Counted from the stretch's first letter, positions 8,017-18,904 are shown. The stretch: 64,000 nt of DNA from Minisyncoccota bacterium (GCA_046350795.1 JAXLZT010000001.1:389164-453163); one strand, 5' to 3'. Translations and numbers: made by a program. The notes: generated from the sequence alone by a model not told the origin.

Positions 8017-8487
8017 ATTTTTTCTATTTCTTCCACGATGAGTTGTTTTTAGACTATGGCAATTTGGACAAAGAATTCTTAGGTTTTCTAATCTGTTGTC
8101 GTTATGTTTACCATTAATATGATCCAACTCTAGAGGTAATCTACCATCTTCTGACCATTTTGCCCACCCGCATTCTTCACACATAGCTTTCATTAAACCA
8201 TCTCTTAGTAACCTTTTTTTAAGTTTAAAACTCTGATAGGTGCTATTTTTAATAAGGATTTTTTCAATAGGGATTATTGGTTTGCCAATGCCAATCAGTC
8301 CTTTATTCCAGCTTTTTCCTTTAAAATGGTCAATGGGTATTTTGTATAACTCAATGAACTTCTTTATTTGAGAATAATTGCCACCCGCAGGAATAAGCTT
8401 AAGTTTTTTAATGACTTGTCGTGTACTCGTAGAAGAAAGACAGGCCTCTAATAGTTGGGCCTTTGTCCAAGATTTTTTTCTCTCCAT
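8011..8487 (-). CDS. HNH endonuclease
   Basis: C-terminal HNH motif LELDHINGKHNDNRLENLRILCPNCHSLKT. The start was moved to the internal Met (MERKK) because the longer ORF runs through tRNA-Cys. The stop codon overlaps the 5' end of tRNA-Leu(TAA). Confidence 0.6.
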   Translation of the reverse strand: MERKKSWTKAQLLEACLSSTSTRQVIKKLKLIPAGGNYSQIKKFIELYKIPIDHFKGKSWNKGLIGIGKPIIPIEKILIKNSTYQSFKLKKRLLRDGLMKAMCEECGWAKWSEDGRLPLELDHINGKHNDNRLENLRILCPNCHSLKTTHRGRNRKNA

Positions 8488-8547
8488 ATAAAAAAGTATA
8501 CCTACCTGAGATAATGGAAATCTAAAGAAGTTATAGAGAAACACTAG

Positions 8548-8621
8548 AGGCGTAGGTCGGGGTTGAACCGACGTATAGCAGTTTTGCAGACTGCCGCGTT
8601 TACCAACTTCGCCACTACGCC
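8548..8621 (-). tRNA. tRNA-Cys (anticodon GCA)
   Basis: 74-nt cloverleaf. Acceptor GGCGTAG/CTACGCC, anticodon loop CTGCAAA, T-arm GTCGG-TTCAACC-CCGAC. Confidence 0.8.
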
Positions 8622-8651
8622 TTCGTAGAGACACATCCATTTATACCATAT

Positions 8652-8975
8652 TTATAGGTCTATGCCGAGAGAGTCTATGAGTTGGCGATTTTTCTCGCCT
8701 TTGTCTATTTCAAAGTCAAAAAAGGGTATGTCGCGAATACGCATTTTTTCTTTTACAAACTCACGAAACTCTTTTCGCTTTCTTTTAGCAAATTCTAGTG
8801 CTGTGTGCTCAAATTTTTCTGGAAATACAGTGAAATAAATAACAGCCATATTGTTTTGCTCGTTGAATATGCCGTTTGTCACGGTAAGCATGGATGATGG
8901 ACTGGCCTCGTGTCGTAAAAACTCTGCAGCTAGATGCATTACTTGTTCTTTTACTTTTTCTTCACGTATGCTCAT
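8652..8975 (-). CDS. rbfA: ribosome-binding factor A
   Basis: About 107 aa, immediately downstream of infB in the conserved infB-rbfA order. N-terminus MSIREEKVKEQVMHLAAEFL resembles RbfA. Confidence 0.65.
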   Translation of the reverse strand: MSIREEKVKEQVMHLAAEFLRHEASPSSMLTVTNGIFNEQNNMAVIYFTVFPEKFEHTALEFAKRKRKEFREFVKEKMRIRDIPFFDFEIDKGEKNRQLIDSLGIDL

Positions 8976-8993
8976 GTCTTTTATTTTGTTTTA

Positions 8994-10544
8994 CTATATT
9001 TGTTTTTCTACGATACGCACAGACTCGATGCGATCTCCGGGAGCGAGCTCAATTTTTGATTCTATCATCGCACCAAATTCTGCACCTTCGGGTACTTCAC
9101 TCACTTTTTCTTTTTGTTTTTGTAAACCGCGGATTTTACCTGTACCTATTTCTGCTTCACGGCGTAATATTTTTACTTGTGCTCCAACGGACACACTTCC
9201 GGATTCTACTTTTCCACCTACAACTTGTTTATCTTTTTCTATACTAAATATTTTCAATATTTTTGCTTTACCGGTAGATTCTTCGACAGAGACGTGCGGT
9301 TTGCGCTCCTCTAGGAGGAGCTCTAGTGACTCAAGTAGTTTGTAAATGATATCGAAAAGTTGAATTTTGATACCTGAGCGTTCGGCTAGGCTAACTGCGC
9401 GCGGATCTGCTTTGCAGTGGAAGCCAACAACAACAGAAGACGGATTGCCCAAAGCTAGCTTGATATCACTTTCTGATATTGCACCGATTCCATTTTGAAT
9501 AACAGAAAATTCTACTTGATCATTTTTGAGCAACTCTATTTTATGCATTATTGCTTCTAGACTACCGCCCTTATCGGCTTTGAGTATGAGGGGAATAATG
9601 ACTGGGCCGTTTTCGGAGTTTTTTCTGTTTTTGTTTGAGCTTTTTTGTGCTTTTTGAATAGCGTTTTTTTCTTTTAAATTTTGCACGTAGCTTTCTGCTT
9701 CTTTTCGTGTTCCAAAAGTTTTAAAAGAAGCACCGACAGGTGGAAGTGTATCCCAGCCGATAATACATATTGGACTAGAAAAAGTAGCTTCTCTTATATT
9801 TTTACCTAAAAAGTTTTCCATGATACGAACAGGGGATATACTTTCACCCGCAACCACAAACATACCTTGTGATACTGTGCCTGTGCGTATGATGAGTGTG
9901 GCAGCAATGCCTTTTTTTGCATCTAGGTGGCTCTCTAGTACGATACCTTCGCCCGTTACATCACTTTCTCCTGTGAGATCTGCTAGATCTGCGACCAATA
10001 TCATCATATCGAGCAATTCATCGATACCTTCTCCTGTTTTTGCTGAAATGGGTACTGCTGGAATATCACCACCATATCCTTCTATGAAAATTTCATTTTC
10101 AGCGAGACTTTGTTTTGTGCGGTCTATGTTGGCGTCTGGTAAATCTATTTTATTTATAGCAACGATGTAAGGAATTTTTGCTTCAAGGATGCATTTTAGT
10201 GCATCGAGTGTTTGTGGCTTTACTCCATCGCCAGCTGATACCACAAGTATGGCAATGTCGGCTATCTGTACACCACGCATACGGAGTGCCTGAAAAGCTT
10301 CGTGACCAGGAGTATCTAGAAAAGTGATTTTGTGTTCTTTGCCGTCTGGGGCTTTGTGTACGACTTCGTATGCAGATACATGCTGTGTGATACCACCTGC
10401 TTCTCCAGCGATGACGTTTGTTTTTCGAATGTAGTCTAGTAGGCTAGATTTACCATGATCAATATGACCCATCACGGCAATGACGGGGGCTCTAGGTGTT
10501 TTAGAGTCGGTTTTTATGGGTTTTGTGGTGGTTTTGCTCAACAT
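8994..10544 (-). CDS. infB: translation initiation factor IF-2 (short form)
   Basis: G domain GHIDHGKSSLLD, DTPGHEAF, NKID, followed by beta-barrel domains. Confidence 0.9.
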   Translation of the reverse strand: MLSKTTTKPIKTDSKTPRAPVIAVMGHIDHGKSSLLDYIRKTNVIAGEAGGITQHVSAYEVVHKAPDGKEHKITFLDTPGHEAFQALRMRGVQIADIAILVVSAGDGVKPQTLDALKCILEAKIPYIVAINKIDLPDANIDRTKQSLAENEIFIEGYGGDIPAVPISAKTGEGIDELLDMMILVADLADLTGESDVTGEGIVLESHLDAKKGIAATLIIRTGTVSQGMFVVAGESISPVRIMENFLGKNIREATFSSPICIIGWDTLPPVGASFKTFGTRKEAESYVQNLKEKNAIQKAQKSSNKNRKNSENGPVIIPLILKADKGGSLEAIMHKIELLKNDQVEFSVIQNGIGAISESDIKLALGNPSSVVVGFHCKADPRAVSLAERSGIKIQLFDIIYKLLESLELLLEERKPHVSVEESTGKAKILKIFSIEKDKQVVGGKVESGSVSVGAQVKILRREAEIGTGKIRGLQKQKEKVSEVPEGAEFGAMIESKIELAPGDRIESVRIVEKQI

Positions 10545-10599
10545 AAAGGCTTAATTTGACACTATAACACAAAAAATACAAGTATTTTGTACCGTACTT

Positions 10600-11076
10600 C
10601 TATTTTGTGTTTACTTCAGATTTAGATTTTGCCACCACTTCTTTTTCTTCGTCGGACATTTCGTATTCGGAGCTAAAGTTTTTCAAGGGTTTTGAAAACA
10701 CGCTGATCCGCTCTCGGGAGTGTAAGCTAGACATTACCACACCATCGCCATTTTCATTTAAGAATGAAGTAGAAAAACTTTGATTGCCTCCAGCACCAGT
10801 ACCCTTAAAAGGATTAAATCTTATAGTTTCTACGCTTTGTATACTTTTACGTAATCTTTTCTCTATATTTAAAAAGTGTGCGCTAGCTTTTTCAGAAAAA
10901 TCCTGCATAGCTTTTATTTCTGTACGAATGATGTTCATGCCTTCTTCTATGTTTTTTGCATTTGTGCCACCTAGTATATTTTTTATTTTTATTTCTAGGC
11001 GAATGAGAAGTGCTATAAAGATCAATATAACAGCTAATACAATGTATAAAAAAATGTCTTCTGAAATGGGTATCAT
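10600..11076 (-). CDS. membrane-anchored hypothetical protein (DUF4446-like?)
   Basis: N-terminal TM helix, coiled region and an RFNPF motif. The family assignment is tentative. Confidence 0.4.
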   Translation of the reverse strand: MIPISEDIFLYIVLAVILIFIALLIRLEIKIKNILGGTNAKNIEEGMNIIRTEIKAMQDFSEKASAHFLNIEKRLRKSIQSVETIRFNPFKGTGAGGNQSFSTSFLNENGDGVVMSSLHSRERISVFSKPLKNFSSEYEMSDEEKEVVAKSKSEVNTK

Positions 11077-11130
11077 TTTTACTTAAATTAAGTGCTTGTA
11101 ATTATATATAAAAATACTTAAAATGGGTAT

Positions 11131-11949
11131 ATGGAAGATCTTACAAAAACTCAAATTATTTTGCTATGTCTTTTGGTGAGTTTTGTTACATCTATTGGTA
11201 CTGGTGTTATTACTTTTTCTTTGCTTTCCGAAGCACCACAAACAGTTACTCAAACTATAAATAGAGTTGTGGAAAGGACTATAGAAAAAGTTGTGCCTTC
11301 TGTGACAGACAATAAAACAACTACAAAAGAAATCACTACTGTAGTGGTCAAAGAAGAAGATCTATTTATTGATGCTATAAGTAAAAATACAAAAAGTTTG
11401 GTGCGTATAGTATCTGGTGAATCAAAAATTTTTTATGGTTTAGGTTTTATTTTGGATAAAGAGGGATATATTGTCACAGACTCGGGCGGTTTTAATCCTG
11501 AAGCTTCATACGAAGCAGTCCTAGCAGATGGAAAATCTTTCAAGGTCTCAAAAGTTGATGTAAAAGATTTGTCTGGAATATTGATTTTCAAAATAAAAAA
11601 GGATAAGGACGATAAAACAGAATTTATTCCCGCTACACTTGGCAATTCTGATGGACTTCAGCTGGGTCAGTCTGTGATAGCTATATCCGGGACTATGGAA
11701 GATTCAGCTGTAACCACAGGTAGAATTTCTCTATTAAAAAAATCTGGGGCAACAGCTACATCTACTGGATATGTTGATGTTATTGAGACTGATATGACTA
11801 TAGCAGATGGTACCACAGGCGGTCCTCTTTTAAATTTATCTGGACAGGTGGTGGGTCTCAGTACTATGGCTGTGGGTAGTGTTCAGAATGGAAATTTTGT
11901 TCCAATTTCTCTTGCACAAAAAGCTATTTCTGTAATAAACGAAAAGTAA
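11131..11949 (+). CDS. membrane-anchored trypsin-like (HtrA-like) protein with an atypical active site
   Basis: The S1 fold motif is GTTGGPLLNLSGQVVGL where GNSGGP is expected, and no His lies in the expected TNxHV position. Confidence 0.55.
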   Translation: MEDLTKTQIILLCLLVSFVTSIGTGVITFSLLSEAPQTVTQTINRVVERTIEKVVPSVTDNKTTTKEITTVVVKEEDLFIDAISKNTKSLVRIVSGESKIFYGLGFILDKEGYIVTDSGGFNPEASYEAVLADGKSFKVSKVDVKDLSGILIFKIKKDKDDKTEFIPATLGNSDGLQLGQSVIAISGTMEDSAVTTGRISLLKKSGATATSTGYVDVIETDMTIADGTTGGPLLNLSGQVVGLSTMAVGSVQNGNFVPISLAQKAISVINEK

Positions 11950-12008
11950 TTTAAAATCTGGACACTGTAGGGGGCGTTATTGTATTATTGCGCTGTAATT
12001 AAAAACAT

Positions 12009-14678
12009 ATGCCACCATTTAATCATTTCACAACAAAAGCAAAAGAGGCGATACGTAAGGCTCATGAGCTTGCTATTGAGCGTGGGCAAAATCATGTAAA
12101 CCCACTTCATCTACTTACCGCCCTCATTTTACAAGAAGAGAGTATGGTGTCTTCTATTTTGGACAAACTTGAAGTGGACACTATTTTGCTTACCGACTCT
12201 ATATTGGAAGCTATCGAGTCTCCAGAAACAGCTTCTACTTTGGCACCTTCATATCAGATTTATCTGACTCCAGAGCTAGCTCATACCATAGAGAGTGGTG
12301 CAAAGACTGCTGCTAGCATGAGTGATGAATTTGTTTCTACTGAACATCTCTTTATTGCAATTACAGAAGTGCCTGGTGTAGCAAAAGAAATTTTGACAAA
12401 GTTTAAAATTGATAAAAACCGAGTTCTTAAAGTTATAGAGGAGCTCAAGATGACGAAAGCGAGTGATGTGCAACAGCCGAAAAAATTTAAATCTATAGCA
12501 AAATATACTCGTAGTTTGACTAAATTAGCTCATGAAAACAAGCTAGATCCAGTTGTTGGTCGTGACAACGAAATATCTCGTATCATTCAGATACTTTCAC
12601 GTCGCAAGAAAAACAATCCTATTTTGATTGGTGAGGCCGGTGTGGGCAAGACAGCTATTGCCGAAGGACTCGCTATACGTATGGCTACAGGCAATGTGCC
12701 AGAATCATTGAAAGATAAAGAATTGGTTTCTTTGGACCTCGGACTTTTGATTGCTGGTACAAAATATCGTGGAGAATTTGAAGAAAGATTAAAAAATATT
12801 TTAAAAGAAATAGAGCGTGCTGATGGAAAAATAGTTTTGTTTATTGATGAGATACATACGATAGTTGGCGCTGGTGCTGCTGAGGGTTCTATTGATGCTT
12901 CAAATATGCTCAAACCACCTCTTGCACGTGGAGAGCTCCGTGCTATCGGTGCGACTACTTTAAAGGAATATCAAAAACATATTGAAAAAGATCCCGCCCT
13001 CACACGACGTTTTCAGCCTGTGTATATCAACGAGCCGAGTGTAGAAGACGCGATTACTATTTTGCGAGGACTAAAAGAAAAATATGAGCTTTATCACGGT
13101 GTGCGAATCACTGATGATGCAATAGTCGCAGCTGTAAATCTAAGTAGTAGATATATTACAGATAGATTTTTGCCGGATAAGGCTGTGGATCTCATAGATG
13201 AGTCTGCTTCTGTGTTAAAAATTTCTCTAGAAAATATGCCACCAGTGCTAGAGGAGGCGCATTCTCGCATAATGAAGCTTGAGATAGAAAAACAAGCTAT
13301 TTCAAAAGAAAAAACACCAAAATCAAAAGCGCGTTTGAAAGAGATCGAAAAAGATATTGCCGATCTAAAAGAAAAGACTTCTGAAATAGAATTAAAATGG
13401 AAGAATGAAAAAGAAACAGCTGCTGGTATAAAAGCTGTGAAAAAAGAGCTTGAAAGTCTGCGTCTAGAAGCTGAAGCTGCCGAAGCGCGCATTGATTTGG
13501 CTAAAGCTGCTGAGATTCGTTATGGAAAAATCCCTGCTTTTGAAAAAGATTTGGAAACAAAAACAAAACGTCTGAAAAAACTCCAGAGTTCAAGAAGTAT
13601 TATAAGAGAAGAAATAAAAGAGGCTGATATTGCTGAGGTTGTAGCGCGTTGGACAGGTATACCTATGGCAAGAATGCTTGAAGCAGAAGCAGAAAAACTT
13701 GGCAGAATGGAAGAGGTTTTGAAAAAGAGAATAGTCGGACAAGATGAAGCTGTAAAAAAGATCTCTGATACAGTAAAGAGGTCACGTGCTGGCATCGCAG
13801 ACCCAAATCGTCCTATAGGCTCATTTATTTTCCTTGGTCCTACTGGAGTTGGAAAAACTGAGCTCACAAAAGCTTTGGCTGAATTTATGTTTGATGATGA
13901 CAAAGCGCTTGTGCGTATAGATATGTCTGAGTTTATGGAAAAGCATTCTGTATCAAAGCTCATAGGCTCACCACCAGGATATGTTGGACATGAGGAAGGC
14001 GGTAGTTTTACTGAAACAATACGTCATAGACCTTACTCTGTAATACTTTTTGATGAAATTGAAAAAGCTCATCCTGAGGTGTTTAATATTTTGTTGCAGG
14101 TTTTGGACAACGGTCGTCTGACTGATGCAAAAGGCAGAACAGTCAATTTCAAAAATACTGTGATTATCCTTACTTCAAACGTCGGCGCTCAACACATCGA
14201 TAAAATGCAAAAGCTTGGTTTTGCAGAAGCAGGAGAAAAAGAGAGTTACGAAAATGTTAAAGAAAAACTTACAAACAGTCTAAAAGATTATTTCAGACCT
14301 GAGTTTTTGAATAGACTAGATGATATTATCGTCTTTGATGTTTTGTCACGAGAATCAATAGAGCAGATAGTTAAAATACAAGTTGAGATGGTGCGTGAAC
14401 GTCTTTTGGCTAAAGAAATAAAATTGGATGTATCTCCTGAGGTTTTGTCATATCTTGCAAGAGAAGGATACAATCCGCAATACGGCGCGAGACCTCTAAA
14501 GAGAATTATTCAAAATAAAATTTTGACTCCTGTAGCTTCTCTGATTATTTCAAAAGGTCTGATGAAGGGCGGTTCTGTATCTGTGGGAATGAAAGATGCA
14601 AACGAGTTTTCTTTTGAAGTTAAAAAGGGCAGAAGGGGAAGTTTGATTGGAGAAAATTTGATTCCTACCACACAATAA
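12009..14678 (+). CDS. clpB: ClpB disaggregase
   Basis: N-domain, two AAA+ modules ([24 protein letters not shown]) and a long coiled-coil middle domain. Confidence 0.9.
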   Translation: MPPFNHFTTKAKEAIRKAHELAIERGQNHVNPLHLLTALILQEESMVSSILDKLEVDTILLTDSILEAIESPETASTLAPSYQIYLTPELAHTIESGAKTAASMSDEFVSTEHLFIAITEVPGVAKEILTKFKIDKNRVLKVIEELKMTKASDVQQPKKFKSIAKYTRSLTKLAHENKLDPVVGRDNEISRIIQILSRRKKNNPILIGEAGVGKTAIAEGLAIRMATGNVPESLKDKELVSLDLGLLIAGTKYRGEFEERLKNILKEIERADGKIVLFIDEIHTIVGAGAAEGSIDASNMLKPPLARGELRAIGATTLKEYQKHIEKDPALTRRFQPVYINEPSVEDAITILRGLKEKYELYHGVRITDDAIVAAVNLSSRYITDRFLPDKAVDLIDESASVLKISLENMPPVLEEAHSRIMKLEIEKQAISKEKTPKSKARLKEIEKDIADLKEKTSEIELKWKNEKETAAGIKAVKKELESLRLEAEAAEARIDLAKAAEIRYGKIPAFEKDLETKTKRLKKLQSSRSIIREEIKEADIAEVVARWTGIPMARMLEAEAEKLGRMEEVLKKRIVGQDEAVKKISDTVKRSRAGIADPNRPIGSFIFLGPTGVGKTELTKALAEFMFDDDKALVRIDMSEFMEKHSVSKLIGSPPGYVGHEEGGSFTETIRHRPYSVILFDEIEKAHPEVFNILLQVLDNGRLTDAKGRTVNFKNTVIILTSNVGAQHIDKMQKLGFAEAGEKESYENVKEKLTNSLKDYFRPEFLNRLDDIIVFDVLSRESIEQIVKIQVEMVRERLLAKEIKLDVSPEVLSYLAREGYNPQYGARPLKRIIQNKILTPVASLIISKGLMKGGSVSVGMKDANEFSFEVKKGRRGSLIGENLIPTTQ

Positions 14679-14683
14679 TAAAA

Positions 14684-15847
14684 TTAGTGGTGATGGTGAA
14701 AATGTTTTATAGCGTTTTCTTCTGTCTCTAGAGTTTTTTCGTCCACTCCTTTATTTTTTCTCATCAAAATAAGAACAGCTATCCATGTTGTTATTGGCAC
14801 AGCTATCACTAGGCCTATACTTCCTATCATTGTACGTATTATTTCTGTCGCGAATATTTCTCTATTGATTGTTTGACCTATTGGACTGTTAGATGAATGA
14901 ACATATAAAAGTAATAACGGTAAAGAAACACCGACGTAAGCTATCGCTAGTGTGTTTACTAATGCGCCGATATGTTCTCGCCCAATACGCACGGCTCTAG
15001 TAAATATTGTCTTTCTTGGTAGATGTGGGGCGACGTGATTTAATTCCTCTACAGATATGGCTTGTCCAATAGCAACGTCATACAAGACTCCCAAAAGTCC
15101 TATTAGCATTCCACCCAAAAGCAGACCAACAAAATCTATAGAACCTCTAGTGTCAAAGTTTAGATAGACTGCTTCTTCATCACTAAAACCGCTCAATCTA
15201 GACCAGTGGACTGCAAAATAAGCCAATGCACCTGTAAGTATTACTGTAAAAATCATTCCAATCACGGCAGAGGTGGTGGTTTTGTTAAAACCATGCGTCA
15301 CATATGATCCTAAAATAATAATCAGAGATGACACAGCCAGACTGATGATAATAGGTGAGTATCCCTGGAGTATCCCTGGCAAGAGTACATAAAGTATTAA
15401 GACGAGACTACCTGAAAGACTTACTAATCCACGAATTCCTTGTATTCCGCCAAATATTAATACAAGTAAAACAAAAAGAATTATGAAAAATAAAATAGCG
15501 TTTATTCTGTATGGTTCACTTACAGAATACATTACCATTCCATCCTCTCCACGTTTGGTTATCTTTAGGTAAAATACCTCGTCTTTTTTTAAGCTTAAAT
15601 AATCATTTTCAACAATGACTTGCTTTCCCGTATCTGTACCGCTGATTATCTCTACTTTTAGTGTTTGGTATTCACTTGTTATATCTGTACCAGGTACATT
15701 TTTTATTTTTTTATCTACTATATCTATTACTTTTGCTTTTACTGTTGTTATATCGTCCTGTATCAATTCTTGTGCATTTAGAATGCTTGGCAAGAAAGCA
15801 GAGAATAAAAATATAAATAAAAAGGGTAAAAGTGACAGTTTTTTCAT
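14684..15847 (-). CDS. YibE/F-family membrane protein
   Basis: Signal peptide, beta-rich ectodomain, then multiple TM helices. His-rich C-terminus KHFHHHH. Confidence 0.5.
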   Translation of the reverse strand: MKKLSLLPFLFIFLFSAFLPSILNAQELIQDDITTVKAKVIDIVDKKIKNVPGTDITSEYQTLKVEIISGTDTGKQVIVENDYLSLKKDEVFYLKITKRGEDGMVMYSVSEPYRINAILFFIILFVLLVLIFGGIQGIRGLVSLSGSLVLILYVLLPGILQGYSPIIISLAVSSLIIILGSYVTHGFNKTTTSAVIGMIFTVILTGALAYFAVHWSRLSGFSDEEAVYLNFDTRGSIDFVGLLLGGMLIGLLGVLYDVAIGQAISVEELNHVAPHLPRKTIFTRAVRIGREHIGALVNTLAIAYVGVSLPLLLLYVHSSNSPIGQTINREIFATEIIRTMIGSIGLVIAVPITTWIAVLILMRKNKGVDEKTLETEENAIKHFHHHH

Positions 15848-15854
15848 AGATCAA

Positions 15855-16265
15855 TTATTGCATTTTGAAACAGTTTTTGCATGTGCCAAATAGCTCAAGT
15901 GAGTGTTCTGTTATTGACCCAAATTTTTTTGATTCTGCGGTCACTTTTTTTGTAATCTTATCAATTTCACAGATATTGAATTCTTCTACCAGACCGCAAT
16001 CTGTACATATTATGTGATGATGGTGGTGATTTGAAATCTCATAGTATTGAGAATTTTTTTGTAAGTTTACTTTTTTTAAAATGCCGGCGCGCTCAAAAGA
16101 GGAGAGTGTTCTGTAAATGGTAACCAAATCGAGCCTCGTTTTTTTAAAGATGTCTTCTGCACTTAGCGGTTTGCAGAAATCAGAAAACATTTCAATTATT
16201 AAAAGTCTAGCGGGTGTGACTTTTAATTTTGCTTCTTTAATTATTTTTTTTGCATCTTTTGCCAT
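15855..16265 (-). CDS. zur: Fur-family metalloregulator, probably Zur
   Basis: Winged-helix N-terminus, HHHHH plus CxxC...CxxC metal sites. It is divergent from a ZIP zinc transporter gene. Confidence 0.7.
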   Translation of the reverse strand: MAKDAKKIIKEAKLKVTPARLLIIEMFSDFCKPLSAEDIFKKTRLDLVTIYRTLSSFERAGILKKVNLQKNSQYYEISNHHHHHIICTDCGLVEEFNICEIDKITKKVTAESKKFGSITEHSLELFGTCKNCFKMQ

Positions 16266-16292
16266 TGGAGATAATTATATACTAAATGCAAA

Positions 16293-16320
16293 TAACTTGC
16301 AATTAAAATCTTTAAGTTAT
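16293..16320. promoter_or_regulatory. candidate Zur/Fur box (ATAACTT-N14-AAGTTAT palindrome) in divergent zur/zupT intergenic region
   Basis: 7-bp inverted arms within an AT-rich 28-bp palindrome between the two start codons. Confidence 0.4.
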
Positions 16321-16351
16321 ATACTGCTGTAATACTTAATTAAAAAACATT

Positions 16352-17092
16352 ATGCAATTAATTTTTATCAGTATTGCGGCTTTTATTTTTACTTTTCTTG
16401 GTGGAGCTTTTGCTTTGCGTTTCAAAGATAAACTCCATTTGATTTTAGGTTTTAGTGCTGGAGCTGTGATCGGAGTTGCTTTCTTTGATTTAATTCCAGA
16501 AGCTATTGAGCTCGGAGGTATTTCTCATGAAATTTCTACTATTACAGCTATTGTGGCATTAGGGTTTATTTTTTACATGATTTTAGACAGATTTATAATA
16601 ATGCACGGTCACAGTCATCATGATCATGTGGAATCTGAAAAAAATTGTGCACACAATAATCGCGGTCTACTTGGCGCTGGTAGCTTGTCTATCCATAGTT
16701 TTCTTGATGGAGTTGCTGTTGGATTAGCTTTTCAGGTTTCTTCAGCTGTTGGAATAATCGTCGCTGTGGCTGTTTTGGTGCATGATTTTTCTGATGGAAT
16801 AAATACTGTAAATATGATTTTGAAAAATGGTGGTAATAGAAAAAAGGCTTTGAAGTGGCTTTTTGTAGATTCTATTGCACCAGTTCTTGGAGTCGTTTCA
16901 ACTTTGTTTTTTGAATTACCAGAAAGCACCCTGGGCCTTGTCTTGGCTGTCTTTGCAGGATTTTTCTTGTATATAGGTGCTAGTGATTTATTGCCAGAAA
17001 GTCATCATAGTCATCCTACAAAATGGACAACAATAATGACGGTCTTGGGTCTTGTTGTTATGTTTTTGGCTATTAGAATTGCCGGACTTTAA
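16352..17092 (+). CDS. zupT: ZIP-family zinc transporter
   Basis: Multi-TM protein with His-rich loop HGHSHHDHVESE and ZIP-like TM motifs. Confidence 0.7.
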   Translation: MQLIFISIAAFIFTFLGGAFALRFKDKLHLILGFSAGAVIGVAFFDLIPEAIELGGISHEISTITAIVALGFIFYMILDRFIIMHGHSHHDHVESEKNCAHNNRGLLGAGSLSIHSFLDGVAVGLAFQVSSAVGIIVAVAVLVHDFSDGINTVNMILKNGGNRKKALKWLFVDSIAPVLGVVSTLFFELPESTLGLVLAVFAGFFLYIGASDLLPESHHSHPTKWTTIMTVLGLVVMFLAIRIAGL

Positions 17093-17093
17093 T

Positions 17094-18845
17094 TTATTTT
17101 TTCTCTGAGATTTCTGTAGTGATGCGTGTGAGCAAATCTTTTTCGTTTAGTGCGCCCAGATTTCCGAAATCACGACTTTCTAGTGTTACAGTATTTGATT
17201 CTACTTCTTTGTCACCAATGATTATCATGTAAGGAATTTTATCTACTTTTCCTGCGCGGATTTTTTTGCCGAGGTTTTCATCTTCATCTGCGAGCTCGGC
17301 GCGTATACCTGCGGTCTTTAGTGCTTCAAACACATTGCGAGCGTACTCATTGTGTGAGGGCATGATAGGAATCACTTTTGCTTGCACGGGTGAGAGCCAG
17401 AGAGGGAAAGCTCCAGCGTAGTGCTCAATGAGGAAACCAATCACACGCTCTATTGCTCCCACAGATGAACGATGTATGACCACAGCCTCTTTTTCTTTTC
17501 CATCACTATCTGTGTATGTGAGCTTAAACCTACCTGGCATTACAAAATCATATTGCACAGTAAAAGCGGTGTCTTCTTTGCCACGTACGTTTTTCATTTG
17601 CACGTCTATTTTTGGTCCATAAAAAGCAGCTTCACCTGGAGCTTCTACAAACTGTGAACCGCGCTTTTTTAATACTTCACGCAAGCGACCTTCTGCGTCA
17701 TCCCAAGCAGCATCATTTTTAAAATATTTTTTATCATCACTTCTATCACCGAGAGATAGTCTATAAGAATAATTTTTACCCATTTCTAGGCCAAAGATTT
17801 TTGCAATATATTCAATAAGATCGAGCGCGTTGTTTACTTCGCTTGTGGCCTGATCTGCATCTTTGCAAACTATATGCGCATCAGCCAGACAAAAACTTCT
17901 TACACGCATGAGACCTGATAGCTCACCACTTTGCTCATATCGATATAGCTTGGCTAGCTCGGCAATGCGCATTGGCAACTCTTTGTAGCTACGTGGCTTG
18001 CTCAGATATAGCTCAAAATGATGCGGACAAGTCATTGGACGAAGCATGTATTCTTCATCATCTATCTTTATCGGCGCGTACATCGAGTCTTTGTAATATG
18101 GATAGTGTCCGGACTTTTTGTATAAATCTAGATTTGCAATGTCTGGAGTGTAGACGTGTTTGTAGTTCCTCTTTATTTCTTCATCAGTAATAAATCTTTC
18201 TAGCTCACGGCGAATAGTCGCGCCCTTTTCTGTCCAAAGAGGCAGGCCCTTACCCACCACATCTGAAAACACAAAAAGACCAAGCTCTTTCCCAAGCTTT
18301 CTGTGATCGCGTTTTTCTGCTTCTTCGCGCTGAGCTACATATGCTTCTAGCTCTTCTTTTGTATCAAAAGCTAGTCCGTAAATGCGTGTAAGCATTTTGT
18401 TTTTTTCATCACCGCGCCAGTACGCACCTGCTACACGATCTAGAGCAAAAGATCCCTCGGCGATTTCTTTTGCTGGATTTTCTGTGTGTCCACCACGGCA
18501 AAGGTCGGTAAAGTCACCGGAAGTGTAGAGAGTTATTTTTTCTCCTTTTTCTACGATCTCGTCTATGAGCTCGAGTTTGTATGGATTATTTGCAAATTTT
18601 GCCCGCGCCTCGTCCGCGCTGACTTCTTGTGATTCAAAATTTTTCCAGCTCTTGAGAGCTTTTTTCATTTCTTTCTCAATACGAGGGAAATCTTTTTCTG
18701 AAACAGGGGAGGAAAATTCAAAATCATAATAAAAACCGTTGTCTACCGCTGGACCGATAGCGTTTTTTGCATCTGGATAAAGTTTCAATACCGCTGAGGC
18801 AAGCAGGTGGGCGAGTGAGTGCCGTTTATGTTCTAAGTTGTTCAT
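17094..18845 (-). CDS. thrS: threonyl-tRNA synthetase (lacking N-terminal TGS domains)
   Basis: Class II aaRS core plus C-terminal anticodon-binding domain. ThrRS-type editing/second-additional domain HSLAHLLA. Confidence 0.85.
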   Translation of the reverse strand: MNNLEHKRHSLAHLLASAVLKLYPDAKNAIGPAVDNGFYYDFEFSSPVSEKDFPRIEKEMKKALKSWKNFESQEVSADEARAKFANNPYKLELIDEIVEKGEKITLYTSGDFTDLCRGGHTENPAKEIAEGSFALDRVAGAYWRGDEKNKMLTRIYGLAFDTKEELEAYVAQREEAEKRDHRKLGKELGLFVFSDVVGKGLPLWTEKGATIRRELERFITDEEIKRNYKHVYTPDIANLDLYKKSGHYPYYKDSMYAPIKIDDEEYMLRPMTCPHHFELYLSKPRSYKELPMRIAELAKLYRYEQSGELSGLMRVRSFCLADAHIVCKDADQATSEVNNALDLIEYIAKIFGLEMGKNYSYRLSLGDRSDDKKYFKNDAAWDDAEGRLREVLKKRGSQFVEAPGEAAFYGPKIDVQMKNVRGKEDTAFTVQYDFVMPGRFKLTYTDSDGKEKEAVVIHRSSVGAIERVIGFLIEHYAGAFPLWLSPVQAKVIPIMPSHNEYARNVFEALKTAGIRAELADEDENLGKKIRAGKVDKIPYMIIIGDKEVESNTVTLESRDFGNLGALNEKDLLTRITTEISEKK

Positions 18846-18904
18846 AGATGAAATAATAGCAATTTTAAGGCTATTTTCAAAGGGATTTTTGGAAAGTTTG
18901 TGTA

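Noticed and set aside
8488-8640. N-terminal 51 codons of the 209-aa HNH ORF
   Set aside because: They run through tRNA-Cys (8548-8621). The internal Met at 8487 is the plausible start.
12276-14473. Antisense ORFs inside clpB, and likewise the short ORFs on the non-coding strand of dnaE, rpoB, rpoC, rnr and smc
   Set aside because: Short, compositionally biased and nested within strongly supported long genes on the opposite strand.
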